A DNA stretch of 64,000 bases, taken from assembly GCA_963666515.2 (NCBI GenBank), contig OY762897.2:3392001-3456000 (forward strand). Direction: 5' to 3'. Shown piece by piece: positions 30,445 through 40,238 of the stretch (its first letter is position 1; each line of letters begins with the position of its first letter). The notes beneath the pieces were generated by a model. That model worked only from the letters and a program-made list of their open reading frames with translations. It did not search any database and had not been told where the DNA came from. The position numbers were made by a program, and so were the translations under genes. The stretch is from Candidatus Binatia bacterium (GTDB lineage Bacteria > Desulfobacterota > Binatia > UBA9968 > JAJDTQ01).

Positions 30445-33093
30445 TCATGAAGGTTTCGGCGTGGGCAGCGCTGCGGTCTTCCGGTCGGCTTCCAATCGCT
30501 CGAAGAACAACGTCCTGGTAGCCTCGAAGATCCTCATCAACAGCGGGTCGAGTTTCCGTTCGACGGGTATCTTGACCCGCATGGGGTCCACGTACCGGTT
30601 GTCCTGCCACATCTCGTAGTGAAGGTGCGGTCCGGTGCACAGGCCGGAACAGCCCACGTAGCCGATGGTCTGACCCTTCTTCACGGACACGCCGCGCCGA
30701 ACCCCGGGTCCGTACCGTCTCAGGTGCGCGTACCGTGTCTTCATGCCTCCCCCGTGGCTGATATCCACCAACCGGCCATAGCCCCCTTTCCAGCCCGCGC
30801 GGGTGACCCGCCCGTCGGCAACGGCCCTGATCGGCGTGCCGGTCCGGGCCGCGAAGTCCACGCCGTAGTGCGGCCGCCGCACCCTCAGGACGGGATGGAA
30901 GCGACTCATCGAGAAACGCGAGCTGATACGCCGGTATTCGACGGGATAACGCAGGAACGACCGGGACACCGAGCGGCCGCCGACGTCATAGTAGCGACCG
31001 TCGCCATCAGCCCCCTCGAAGTAGACCGCGGTGTGCGTGCGCCCCTGGTTCACGAACTCCGCCGCCAGTATCCGGAACTGGTCGGACCTCGCGCTGCCGG
31101 GACGGAACTTCCTCCGGTAGAGCACTCGATAGGTGTCGCCGGGCCGCAGGTCCTTCTGGAAGTTGATGTCCCAGGCGAGAATGTCCACCATGCGGGAGAG
31201 GACGGCGATGTCGACGCCCGCCCGCTTGGCGCTGCCGTAGAGCGACCCGTGCGTGATCACGCCGCTCAGGGTCCGCACCTCCTGCTGGTAGGGCACCTCG
31301 TCCCTGTAGAACCGGATGCCCTCGTGGTTGCGGTACCAGGTGAGCCGAAGGTCCGAGCGAAGCACGATCTCCACCGCCTGGAGGTTGCCGGCCCCGTTGG
31401 GGCGGCCGGCGCCGTTGCCGTTTCGCGGCGTATTGCCGCTTTCGGGCGCCTTGAAATAGAAGTTGATGTCGCTGCCGGCGCGCAGCCTGCGCACGTATTT
31501 TTTTTGTCGCCGCAGGGCGTTGAGCCACGCGCGCCTCTCCTTGTCGTCCAGCTCGTACTTTCTGAGCACGCCCCACAGGTGCTCTCCCGACTTCAGCCTG
31601 TGAGACACCCGGTCCGCGGCCTCGAGGGAAGGCGCCGGCCGGGCGCCGTTCTTCGTCCCGTTCGGCGGGGGGATGTATTCCAGCAGCCCGTTGCGCTGCC
31701 TGATCCGGGCCAGCGCGTACTCGGAGAGGAAACTCTCTTTTGCCGCGGCCGAAACGGCTCCGTCAGACGGGGAAGGCGCCGCGTCGGGAGCCGGCCGCCG
31801 GGAGCCCAGCACCAGACCCCTGCCGAAACGAACGTCGTTCCCGACCCGCTCCCAGGTCAGCTTCCGGCCTTTCTTCACCTCCAGCTCCACCGCCTTGAGG
31901 TTGTCCCGGCGGTGTCTTGCGGGGGTCCTCTCGAAATACAGGTGCAGGCGCTGGCCCGGCTTGAGCCTGGTGACGGGATACTGCTTGTCGATGGCGTCGA
32001 ACCACGCTTCGGCTTCCTTGCCGGTGACCCCCAGACGCCTGAGGATGCGTCCCAGGGTCTGACCCCGGCCCACCGTGCGTATGACCTTCTCCAGAGGCTC
32101 GAAAGACCGCGTGGGCGGCAGTGGCCTGGCGGCGGACGCTGGCGCGTCCGCGGCAGCCGGGGCCTTGGCCGGCGGCGCGGGCGTGGGCGCCGCCACGCCG
32201 ACCGTCACCCGATGATTCCTGCCCCGGTACGCGAGCCGTCCATCGGTCCGTTCCCACGTCAGCAGATCCCCGCTCCTCGATTCGATCTGCAAGGCCCGCA
32301 GGGTCCGCCGGCCCTTCCCCCGGGAAGGCGCCGCCACGAAGTGGAAAACGATCTTCCTTCCCGGATACAGCCGTCTCAGCGGATACCGCTTGCTGACGGC
32401 CCGAATCCAGGGCTGCGCCTCCTTCCCGGAAACCCCTTCGGCGCGGAGCACCTTTCCGAGGTTTTCTCCCTTCCGCAGCACGTGCGTCACCCGCTCCACC
32501 GCGGGGGACGCCGCGGCCGCGGTCTTCGCGGGAGCCCCGGCTGGGGGCGCAGACGCCGGGACATTCGGCGTGGGGGGAGGCTTTGCCGCAGCCGAAGTGG
32601 CCGCCGGGCGCTCGGCCGCGGCAATCATGGGACGAAGGCCCTTGTCCCTGTGGTAGACGATCTGGCCGCGGCGCAACTGCCAGGTCAACGGCCTCGATCC
32701 GGCGCGCTCGATCCGAAGGGCGGTCATGTCGCCGGGACCGCTCGAACCCCAGGCGTCGATGAAGTAGAAGCGGACCGTGTCTCCGGTCCGAAGGATGTTG
32801 ACCACGCCGACCTGCTTCGCGACCGCCCGGACCCACCGGTCCCTGGCGGCCGGCGGCACCTTCAGTTCCATCAGCAGCCGGGGCAGCGTGTCGCCGCGGA
32901 CGACCTGCTTGGTGATGCGCTGTTCACGGGTGTCCGCCGCCGGCGCCGCGTCCTGCGCGGCGGCAAGCCGCGGACCTCCGACCCATGACGCGCCGACGGC
33001 GAATCCGAGCGCCAGCGACACCGTGACGCCGACGAGCCAGCGCCCGACACGCGAGCCGCCGGACGACCGGCGACGCCTTCCGGAAGCAGACAT
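30445..33093 (-). CDS. M23-family peptidoglycan endopeptidase with four tandem LysM/OapA-like N-terminal domains
   Basis: N-terminal TM/signal; HYGVD and HLH zinc motifs; four repeats of V..G..L..L...W..A....L.(P)G....(Y/H)F...L.A......LTW; alternative start 33123. Confidence 0.88.
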   Translation of the reverse strand: MSASGRRRRSSGGSRVGRWLVGVTVSLALGFAVGASWVGGPRLAAAQDAAPAADTREQRITKQVVRGDTLPRLLMELKVPPAARDRWVRAVAKQVGVVNILRTGDTVRFYFIDAWGSSGPGDMTALRIERAGSRPLTWQLRRGQIVYHRDKGLRPMIAAAERPAATSAAAKPPPTPNVPASAPPAGAPAKTAAAASPAVERVTHVLRKGENLGKVLRAEGVSGKEAQPWIRAVSKRYPLRRLYPGRKIVFHFVAAPSRGKGRRTLRALQIESRSGDLLTWERTDGRLAYRGRNHRVTVGVAAPTPAPPAKAPAAADAPASAARPLPPTRSFEPLEKVIRTVGRGQTLGRILRRLGVTGKEAEAWFDAIDKQYPVTRLKPGQRLHLYFERTPARHRRDNLKAVELEVKKGRKLTWERVGNDVRFGRGLVLGSRRPAPDAAPSPSDGAVSAAAKESFLSEYALARIRQRNGLLEYIPPPNGTKNGARPAPSLEAADRVSHRLKSGEHLWGVLRKYELDDKERRAWLNALRRQKKYVRRLRAGSDINFYFKAPESGNTPRNGNGAGRPNGAGNLQAVEIVLRSDLRLTWYRNHEGIRFYRDEVPYQQEVRTLSGVITHGSLYGSAKRAGVDIAVLSRMVDILAWDINFQKDLRPGDTYRVLYRRKFRPGSARSDQFRILAAEFVNQGRTHTAVYFEGADGDGRYYDVGGRSVSRSFLRYPVEYRRISSRFSMSRFHPVLRVRRPHYGVDFAARTGTPIRAVADGRVTRAGWKGGYGRLVDISHGGGMKTRYAHLRRYGPGVRRGVSVKKGQTIGYVGCSGLCTGPHLHYEMWQDNRYVDPMRVKIPVERKLDPLLMRIFEATRTLFFERLEADRKTAALPTPKPS

Positions 33094-33178
33094 GGACAAA
33101 GAAGCATTCACTTGGGAAGTCATATTAATACATAACGACCCGATAAAAAACCGCCGGGAACCACGAACCGGCGCCCGG

Positions 33179-34336
33179 TTACCACTGGCGGTTGGCCTGC
33201 CGGTACCCCAGCGCGTCCTGGGCGATGATCAGCTTGTGGATGTTCGACGACCCCTCGACGATCTGGTAGGACTTCGCGTCCCGCAGGTAACGCTCCACCG
33301 GGAACTCCGTGGAATAGCCGTAGGCCCCCAGGATCTTGAACGCGCCGTCGGCGGAATGGGCGGCCGCTTCCGCGGCGGCGTACTTCGCCATGGAGACCTC
33401 CAGGTTGTTGGGCCGCCCGCGGTCCGCAAGATGCGCCGCCCGGTACACCAGGAGGCGCGCGGCCTCTTCCTCGACGATCATCCGGGCCAGACTGTCCTGG
33501 ATCATCTGGAAGCGGCCGATCTTCTGGCCGAACTGCTGCCGCTGGTTGGCGTAGGCCACGGCCGCTTCCCGCGCCGCCCGGGCCACGCCCAGGGCGCCGG
33601 CCGCGCAACTCAACCGGGTCTGGTTGAGCTGCCACATGCACATGGCGAAGCCCTGGCCCTCCGGTCCGATGCGGTGGTCGGCGGGCACCGTCACGCCGTC
33701 GAAATCCAGGGTTCCGGTGGGCGACGCCAGCGCGCCCATCTTGTCGAGGGTGCCGCGGCGAACGCCGGCCCGGTCCAGCTCCACCATGAAGCCGGACAGG
33801 CCGCGATGCCCCGCGGCCCGGTCCGTCACGGCGTAGACGAGCGCCAGGTCGGCGACGGGGGCGTTGGAAATCCAGGTCTTCGCGCCCTTGAGGACGTAGC
33901 CGTCATCGGTCCGGTCGGCCCGGGTGGACATCGACGCCACGTCCGAGCCGGCATCGGGCTCGGTAATGGCGAAGCAGCCGATGCGCGACGCATCCACCAG
34001 CGACGGTATCCAGCGGCGCTTCTGTTCCTCGGCGCCGAACCGCGCCAGCGTCACCGCGGGCGCGAGCTGCGTGTTGACGTGGACCCGGACCGAACTGTGC
34101 ACCCGCGCGACCTCTTCCGTGAGCAGCACCATGGCCAGGTAGCCGAGGCCCGTGCCGCCGTAGGCTTCGGGAACGACGCAGCCGAAGAAGCCCAACTGCC
34201 CCATCTTCTCGAAGATCTCCCGGCGGAAATGATGGTCGCGGTCGTCCGCCGCCGCAGTCGGCGCAATCTCCTTCTCCGCGAACTCGCGGCCCAGCTCCCT
34301 GACCGCCAGCAGCTCATCCGAGAGATCGAAATCCAT
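33179..34336 (-). CDS. Acyl-CoA dehydrogenase
   Basis: CFAITEPDAGSD, GAKTWISN, RQQFGQKIGRFQ, IVEGSSNI. Confidence 0.93.
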   Translation of the reverse strand: MDFDLSDELLAVRELGREFAEKEIAPTAAADDRDHHFRREIFEKMGQLGFFGCVVPEAYGGTGLGYLAMVLLTEEVARVHSSVRVHVNTQLAPAVTLARFGAEEQKRRWIPSLVDASRIGCFAITEPDAGSDVASMSTRADRTDDGYVLKGAKTWISNAPVADLALVYAVTDRAAGHRGLSGFMVELDRAGVRRGTLDKMGALASPTGTLDFDGVTVPADHRIGPEGQGFAMCMWQLNQTRLSCAAGALGVARAAREAAVAYANQRQQFGQKIGRFQMIQDSLARMIVEEEAARLLVYRAAHLADRGRPNNLEVSMAKYAAAEAAAHSADGAFKILGAYGYSTEFPVERYLRDAKSYQIVEGSSNIHKLIIAQDALGYRQANRQW

Positions 34337-34368
34337 GGACCCTCCGGTGGAAAACCCCGTTTACCAAA

Positions 34369-35601
34369 CTACTCGCCCAGGACGGCGCGCGCAATGACGA
34401 GTCTCTGGATCTCCGAGGTGCCCTCGTAGATGCGCAGCGCCCGGACGTCACGGTAAAGCCGCTCGGTCACGCTGCCCGCCACCAGTCCGCGGCCCCCGTG
34501 GATCTGCAGCGCCTCGTCCACGATGCGCTGGGCCGCCTCGGTGGCGAACAGCTTGGCCATGGACGACTTCCGGCCCAGGCCGGGCTCGCGCCGGTCGTGG
34601 GCCTGCGCAGCCCGGTAGACCAGCAGGCGCGCCGCCTCCAGTTCCGTGGCCATGTCCGCGATCTTGAACCGGATGGCCTGGAAGCGGCTCAAGGCGCGGC
34701 CGAACTGGCTCCGCTCCCGCGCGTAGCCGACCGCCTCCGCCAGCGCGCGGCCGGCCATGCCGACGGCCGCGGCGCCGACGCTGCAACGGAGCGCTTCCAG
34801 CGTCCCCAGCGCGACTCCCAGTCCCTTGCCGGGCTCGCCCAGGAGCTGGCCCTCCGGGACGCGGCAGCCTTCGAAGGCCACGGTGCCGATGGGATGGGGC
34901 GAGATCAGCGCCAGCCGTTCCCGGACCCTCACCCCCGGAGCCGCGGCCTCGACCACGAAAGCGCTGACGCCGTTCCCCTTGCGCGCCGGATGCGTGCTGC
35001 CGAACACCACGTAGAGGTGGGCCAGGCCGGCGTTGGAGATGAGGCTCTTGACGCCGTCGAGCACGTAGCTCCCGCCCCGCTTGCGCGCCCGCAGCCTCAG
35101 CGCGGCCGGGTCCGATCCGGCGTCCGGCTCGGTCAGGGCGAACGCTCCGATGTCGCGGCCGGCGGCCAGCCGCGGCAGATACCGGCGCTGCTGGACCGGC
35201 GTTCCCGCCAGCGCAAGCGGGTAGGCGGCAAGCGCCTGCACCGCGAACAGGGTATCCGCCAGCGGGGACACCCCCGCCAGGGCCTCGCGGACGACGCACA
35301 GGTCCCGTGCCTGCACGCTGCGGTGTACGCCGCCGAACTCCCGCGGCGCCGCATAGCGGAAGACCCCGCCCGCCGCGAGCTTGCGGAACACCGCGGCTGC
35401 GGCCTCGTCCCCCGCAGCTACGCCTCCTGCAGCCTCGTCTCCGGCAGCCCCGACCCCGGCAACCTCCTCGCCCGAAACCCCGCCGCCGCGGTCCGCGCCG
35501 AACCCGCCCAACTCGGCCTCCGCCCACGCCGACAAACGCTCCCGCAACCGAAGCTGCGCCGCGGTCAAACCGTCCTCAACCCGCGCCGGCCGGAAATCCA
35601 T
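34369..35601 (-). CDS. Acyl-CoA dehydrogenase
   Basis: AFALTEPDAGSD, RSQFG, QIHGG, RIYEGTSEIQ. Confidence 0.93.
   Translation of the reverse strand: MDFRPARVEDGLTAAQLRLRERLSAWAEAELGGFGADRGGGVSGEEVAGVGAAGDEAAGGVAAGDEAAAAVFRKLAAGGVFRYAAPREFGGVHRSVQARDLCVVREALAGVSPLADTLFAVQALAAYPLALAGTPVQQRRYLPRLAAGRDIGAFALTEPDAGSDPAALRLRARKRGGSYVLDGVKSLISNAGLAHLYVVFGSTHPARKGNGVSAFVVEAAAPGVRVRERLALISPHPIGTVAFEGCRVPEGQLLGEPGKGLGVALGTLEALRCSVGAAAVGMAGRALAEAVGYARERSQFGRALSRFQAIRFKIADMATELEAARLLVYRAAQAHDRREPGLGRKSSMAKLFATEAAQRIVDEALQIHGGRGLVAGSVTERLYRDVRALRIYEGTSEIQRLVIARAVLGE
35399..35488. repeat. Three degenerate 30-bp in-frame tandem repeats
   Basis: Encodes GGGVSGEEVA / GVGAAGDEAA / GGVAAGDEAA near the ACAD N-terminus. 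Confidence 0.7.
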
Positions 35602-35616
35602 GTCGCCCGTTCCCGC

Positions 35617-36411
35617 CTATTCGCGGTTGAACCGCGGCGCCTCTTTCTCCATGAACGCGCGGAAGCCTTCGTGGAAGTCCGCCGTCTGCATGCAGTGCGC
35701 CTGGGCCGCGGCCTCCATCTCCAAAGCCGCGTCGAGGTCCATCCCCGCCTCTACGTCGAGGAGCTTCTTGGTGACCCCGATGGCGAACCGCGGCCCGTCC
35801 CGGAGCCGGCGGGCCAGCCGCAGGGCCTCCGGCATCAACTCGTCGTGAGGCACGACCCTGTTCGCCAGGCCGGTCCGGTAGGCTTCGGCGGCGTCGATGG
35901 GGTCTCCCAGCGACAGCATCTCCATGGCGCGGCCCAGGCCCACGATACGCGGCAGCAGGTGGATGGCGCCCATGTCCGACCCCGCCAGACCCACCTTGAC
36001 GAACAGGAAAGCCAGTCTGGCCCGGTCCGACAACACGCGGAAATCACTGGCCAGGGCGAGGACCGCTCCCGCTCCCGCGGCGACGCCGTTCACCGCGGCG
36101 ATGATGGGTTTCTCCAGCCGGCGCATGTTGCGCACCACGTCGCAGGTAAGCCGCGTGAAGCGGTAGAGCCCGGCGCCGTCCATCTTCAGCAGCTCGCCGA
36201 TGATGTCGTCGACGCTGCCGCCGGAGCAGAAGCCCTTGCCCGCGCCGGTAATGACCAGGACGTGGACCCGGTCGTCCGCCGCCGCCGAGCCGGTCAACTC
36301 CTCCAACTCCTCGTAGGCGCGGAAGGTCAGGGCGTTGAGTTGGGTGGGGTTGTTCAGGCGGATGGTGGCGATGCCGTCGTCGAGCGTGTAGTCGAAGCTT
36401 TCGTATCCCAT
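35617..36411 (-). CDS. Enoyl-CoA hydratase/isomerase family protein
   Basis: GKGFCSGG, KPIIAAVNGVAAGAG, FVKVGL, DFHEGFRAF. Confidence 0.93.
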   Translation of the reverse strand: MGYESFDYTLDDGIATIRLNNPTQLNALTFRAYEELEELTGSAAADDRVHVLVITGAGKGFCSGGSVDDIIGELLKMDGAGLYRFTRLTCDVVRNMRRLEKPIIAAVNGVAAGAGAVLALASDFRVLSDRARLAFLFVKVGLAGSDMGAIHLLPRIVGLGRAMEMLSLGDPIDAAEAYRTGLANRVVPHDELMPEALRLARRLRDGPRFAIGVTKKLLDVEAGMDLDAALEMEAAAQAHCMQTADFHEGFRAFMEKEAPRFNRE

Positions 36412-36442
36412 TCCAGTATCCTCGAGTTGGCACGTGCCGGTG

Positions 36443-37219
36443 TCAGCACATGACGGCGCCGCCGTCCACGTTGATGCCCTGGCCGGTGACGGAATCCCCC
36501 GCCGGGCCCGCCAGCAGCACCGCCACGTCGGCGACCTCCTGAGGCGCCACCAGCCGCGCTTGCGGCGACGTCCGCGCGAAGCGCTCCAGCACCGCCTCCG
36601 TGGTGCCGCCGACCCTCGCGGCCATGCGCCGCGCGTTCTCCCGCGTGAGCGCCGTGTCCACGTATCCCGGACAGACGGCGTTGACGGTAACCCCGTGACG
36701 CGCGGTCTCCAGCGCCATGACCCTGGTGAGCCCCAGCACGGCGTGCTTGGAGGCGGTGTAGGCGGCGGTGTGCGGATACGCGGTCCTGGCGGTGGTGGAG
36801 GCGATATTGATGACGCGGCCCCAACCCGCGCCGATCATGGGTTCCAGAAACCGTTTGCAACAGTAGTAGGTCCCCAGGAAGTTGACCCGCAGCACCTCCT
36901 CCAGCAGCGCGTCCTCCATCTCCAGAAAACTCGCGGCCGGAGCGATGCCCGCGCCGTTGACAAGAACCTGCACCACGCCCACCCGGCCGGCGCTCTCCCC
37001 CAGCGCGTCCACGGCTGCCCGGCGGCCGACGTCGCAGACCACGGGGAAGGCTTCGCGTCCGTTCCCGCGCACCTCCTCCGCCACCCGTTGGATGGCGTCC
37101 CCGGTCCGTCCCGCCAGCACCACGCGGCATCCCTCCCGGGCGAGCGCCAGGGCCACGGCCCGGCCGATGCCTCCCCCGGCGCCTGTGACCAGCGCGACCT
37201 TGTCCACCAGTGAATCCAA
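36443..37219 (-). CDS. SDR family NAD(P)-dependent oxidoreductase
   Basis: TGAGGGIG, VNGAG, YTASK, NAVCPG; start uncertain. Confidence 0.9.
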   Translation of the reverse strand: MDSLVDKVALVTGAGGGIGRAVALALAREGCRVVLAGRTGDAIQRVAEEVRGNGREAFPVVCDVGRRAAVDALGESAGRVGVVQVLVNGAGIAPAASFLEMEDALLEEVLRVNFLGTYYCCKRFLEPMIGAGWGRVINIASTTARTAYPHTAAYTASKHAVLGLTRVMALETARHGVTVNAVCPGYVDTALTRENARRMAARVGGTTEAVLERFARTSPQARLVAPQEVADVAVLLAGPAGDSVTGQGINVDGGAVMC

Positions 37220-37387
37220 CGAGGCGCCCCTTGTTGCTGAATCTACCAGACACGGCGCCTGGTGTCGTGTCCCGCAAATGCCTGCTTTTCCTTTTCGCTT
37301 GTTGAACGGGGCGCCGCTGATATAGAAACGGACTGCAAAGTCGGGATTGAGCGTACGCACGAGGAGACGCGCTACAAGGAGGTCGCC

Positions 37388-38677
37388 ATGCGATGCCGCA
37401 AGAACCTTACCGCAGCACTGGGAATCGGGGCATTCGTGCTGCTGTGGACGTTCCAGGCCGCCCACGGTCAACAGTCGGAGCCGCAGGTCCTGACGATGCA
37501 GCAAGCCGAACGCATCGCCCTGGAGAACCATCCGGGAATACGCGCCGCCAACGAACGGGTCAAGGTGCAGGAGGCCGTGCTGGAGCGAGCCAGGGCCGGC
37601 TACTATCCCACGGCCGGGGTCCGGGGTTCGTACGAGAACAGACCCTTCAACGACGGCCCGAACGCGGACAAGAACCTCTTCAATACGACGGGGCAGATAA
37701 GTTGGCTGGTGAGCGATTTCGGCCGCCGTGAGGGCGCGGTCCGGCGCGAGCAGGACACGCTGGAAGCCCGGCGCTTCTCCGAGCAGACCTCGATGGAGGT
37801 GGTGGTGCTGACGGTGCGGCGCGCGTTCTTCGACTACCTCAGGGCCCGGGCGCTGGTACGGGTGGAACAGGATACGGTCAAGGACCGTGAGACCCTGGTG
37901 CGCCAGGCGCAGGGGTTTTTCGACGTGGGCACGCGCCCCAAGATCGACGTGGCCCGGGCGGAGGCGAACCTCTTCGCCGCCAAGGCCGGCCTCATCGCGG
38001 CCCAGAACGGCGTCAGGATCGCGTGGGCGCGGCTCAAGAGCGCCATGGGGGTGGCCCGCTTTCCGGAGCGCCCGGTGGCGGCCGACGTGAACGTCCGGGC
38101 GCCCACCCTTTCACTTGATGAGGCGGTGAAGGCCGCTTTCGAATCGCGCACCGAGATAAAGGAGTTCCAGTCCCGCCTCAAGGCGCAGCAGGAAGCCGTG
38201 GAGGTGACGAAACGGGGCCGCATGCCGAGGCTCCGCGTCGACGGACAGTACGGCTGGCGGTGGCACAACGAGGAGGAGGTGGCCAGCTCGATGCTGACGC
38301 TGGAGGTGCCCCTGTTCACGGGCTTCACCCTCAGGCCCGAGATCGAAAGAAACCTCCGCGACTACGCGGTCATCAAGGCGCAACTGGAAGAGCAGCGGCA
38401 GCGCATCGCCCTGGAGGTGGAGGAGAGCTACCTGAATCTCGCGGAGGCGGGTGAGCGGATCCGGGCCAACGAGGCTCAAAAGAAGTCGGCCAAGGAAAAC
38501 CTCGACCTGGCCAACGGCCGTTACCAGGTAGGGGTGGGCTCGATCATCGAGATTACCGAAGCCCAGGTCATCGACTCCAAGGCGCAGACGGACCACATAC
38601 GGTCCATCTATGACCACAAGGTGGCCGAGGCGCGCCTCGCCCGCGCCATGGGTAGGGGCTCGGAGTTCAAGCCGTAG
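37388..38677 (+). CDS. TolC family outer-membrane efflux protein
   Basis: Signal peptide, ALENHP, two OEP repeats, RYQVGVGSIIEITEAQ; AAGGAGG RBS. Confidence 0.9.
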   Translation: MRCRKNLTAALGIGAFVLLWTFQAAHGQQSEPQVLTMQQAERIALENHPGIRAANERVKVQEAVLERARAGYYPTAGVRGSYENRPFNDGPNADKNLFNTTGQISWLVSDFGRREGAVRREQDTLEARRFSEQTSMEVVVLTVRRAFFDYLRARALVRVEQDTVKDRETLVRQAQGFFDVGTRPKIDVARAEANLFAAKAGLIAAQNGVRIAWARLKSAMGVARFPERPVAADVNVRAPTLSLDEAVKAAFESRTEIKEFQSRLKAQQEAVEVTKRGRMPRLRVDGQYGWRWHNEEEVASSMLTLEVPLFTGFTLRPEIERNLRDYAVIKAQLEEQRQRIALEVEESYLNLAEAGERIRANEAQKKSAKENLDLANGRYQVGVGSIIEITEAQVIDSKAQTDHIRSIYDHKVAEARLARAMGRGSEFKP

Positions 38678-38686
38678 CCGGGGCCG

Positions 38687-40126
38687 TCAGGGGGACGCGG
38701 GAGGCCTCGGAAGCTCCGGGGGTCCCTCGCGCCCGAGTTGCCGGTCGATTCCCTCCAGCAGGCCGGACCCGCTTTCGTCGGCTGCCCGCTCTTTGGCATC
38801 GGGATCGGGCTTTCTGGCCGAGAACAGCGCGGGGTCCGCGGCCGGCGCCTGGGGCAGGCCGCCCGGCGGGGTCTCGCCGCCAAGCCGGGTATCGACGTCG
38901 CCCAGGACCGCGGCGGGATCACCGGGGGTCGGGCCCGCCTCCTTCTCCTCGGGCGGCAGTTCGCTCACCGGCGGTTTGGGCGCATCGCCTCCCGACGACT
39001 CGCCTGTTCCCAGCGTCTTGTCGACGCCTTCCACCACCGCCTTGGCAGACGCCGTTTCGCCAGCGCCCGGCTTTGCCGGCTCTTTTTCGTCCTCCCGGGA
39101 CGACGAAAACGGATTGAGGAAGCTGAACCAGCTCTTTTTCTTCTCCGCGGGCGCGGGATCTTCGGTAGACGCCTGGGCCTCGCCGGCTGCGGTTTGCCGG
39201 ACTGCGCTCGTCTCTTCCTCCGGCCCCCCTCGACGGCCACGCCACGAGAACGGGTTCAGGTAGCCGTACCAGCGCCGTTGCACCGGATCTTCGTATTCGT
39301 AGCCCTCCTTGGTGACGAACTTGGCCGGTGTCTCCACCGCTTCCGGCGACGTTTCCGCCCCGACGCCGTCTCGGGGCAACGGGCTCTCCGGCGCACCCTC
39401 TTCCAGCGCCGCGACCCGGGACAGCGCGTCCCGCGCCTTGGGCGCCGCCGGCGTGTCGGCATAGTCGCGCAACACGTTCTCGAAGCGCGCGCGCGCCGCG
39501 GGATACCGCTCCTCCTTCAGGTAATGGTTGCCGACGTACAGTTCCCGTTCAGCCAGGTGGTCCCGTGTCTCGGCGAGCTTCTTGCGCGCGTCCGGGACGT
39601 GCTCGGAATCCGGATGATCCTTGACCACGGATGTGAAGTATCCTCTCGCCTCCTTGACCTTCTCCAGGTCCCGGTCGACTCCCGTGAACTGGGCGAGGTT
39701 GACCCGTCCGAGCTGATACTTGACATGGTGCACGTGCCGGCCCGTGGGTTGAAAGGTGAGGTAGTTCTTGTAGGTCTCGCCGGCCTGGACGTACTCCTCG
39801 TTCAGGTAGTACGCCTCGGCGATCTTCAACTCGGCGGCTTCGGCTTCCTCGCTGAAGGGATACTCGTCCCGGAGCTTTTGAAAGAACGAGATGGACCGCG
39901 CGTAGCGTCCCTTCTCGAAGTAGTCGACGCCGTCCTTGTAAAGCGCTTCGGCCGTCGGGTTCGACTTGGAGCGCGGGTCCGACTCGAACACTTCCGTGAC
40001 CGCGGCGGTGAGGTCGCCCAGCTTGGGGAACCTCGGGCGCTCGCCGGTGGGCGTGGTACAGCCGCTCAGGACCAGTGCGGCCAGGAACCCGTAGAGGGTA
40101 CGCTTCAGGTGTTTCCGTTCATGCAT
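38687..40126 (-). CDS. bamD: Outer membrane assembly lipoprotein BamD with long C-terminal extension
   Basis: Lipobox LSGC; TPR repeats (YPFS..AELKIAEAYY, DRDLE, ELYVGNHY); about 230-aa Pro/Glu/Ala-rich tail. Confidence 0.85.
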   Translation of the reverse strand: MHERKHLKRTLYGFLAALVLSGCTTPTGERPRFPKLGDLTAAVTEVFESDPRSKSNPTAEALYKDGVDYFEKGRYARSISFFQKLRDEYPFSEEAEAAELKIAEAYYLNEEYVQAGETYKNYLTFQPTGRHVHHVKYQLGRVNLAQFTGVDRDLEKVKEARGYFTSVVKDHPDSEHVPDARKKLAETRDHLAERELYVGNHYLKEERYPAARARFENVLRDYADTPAAPKARDALSRVAALEEGAPESPLPRDGVGAETSPEAVETPAKFVTKEGYEYEDPVQRRWYGYLNPFSWRGRRGGPEEETSAVRQTAAGEAQASTEDPAPAEKKKSWFSFLNPFSSSREDEKEPAKPGAGETASAKAVVEGVDKTLGTGESSGGDAPKPPVSELPPEEKEAGPTPGDPAAVLGDVDTRLGGETPPGGLPQAPAADPALFSARKPDPDAKERAADESGSGLLEGIDRQLGREGPPELPRPPASP

Positions 40127-40238
40127 CTCGGCTGCCTTCGACAAAGTGATGGAAAAAACCTACCACGGTCCCGACGCGGCCTTCAAGGATGCGGGTGAAA
40201 GGCGGCGGAGGGCCGGGAGAGGGCGGCCGCATCGGCCG

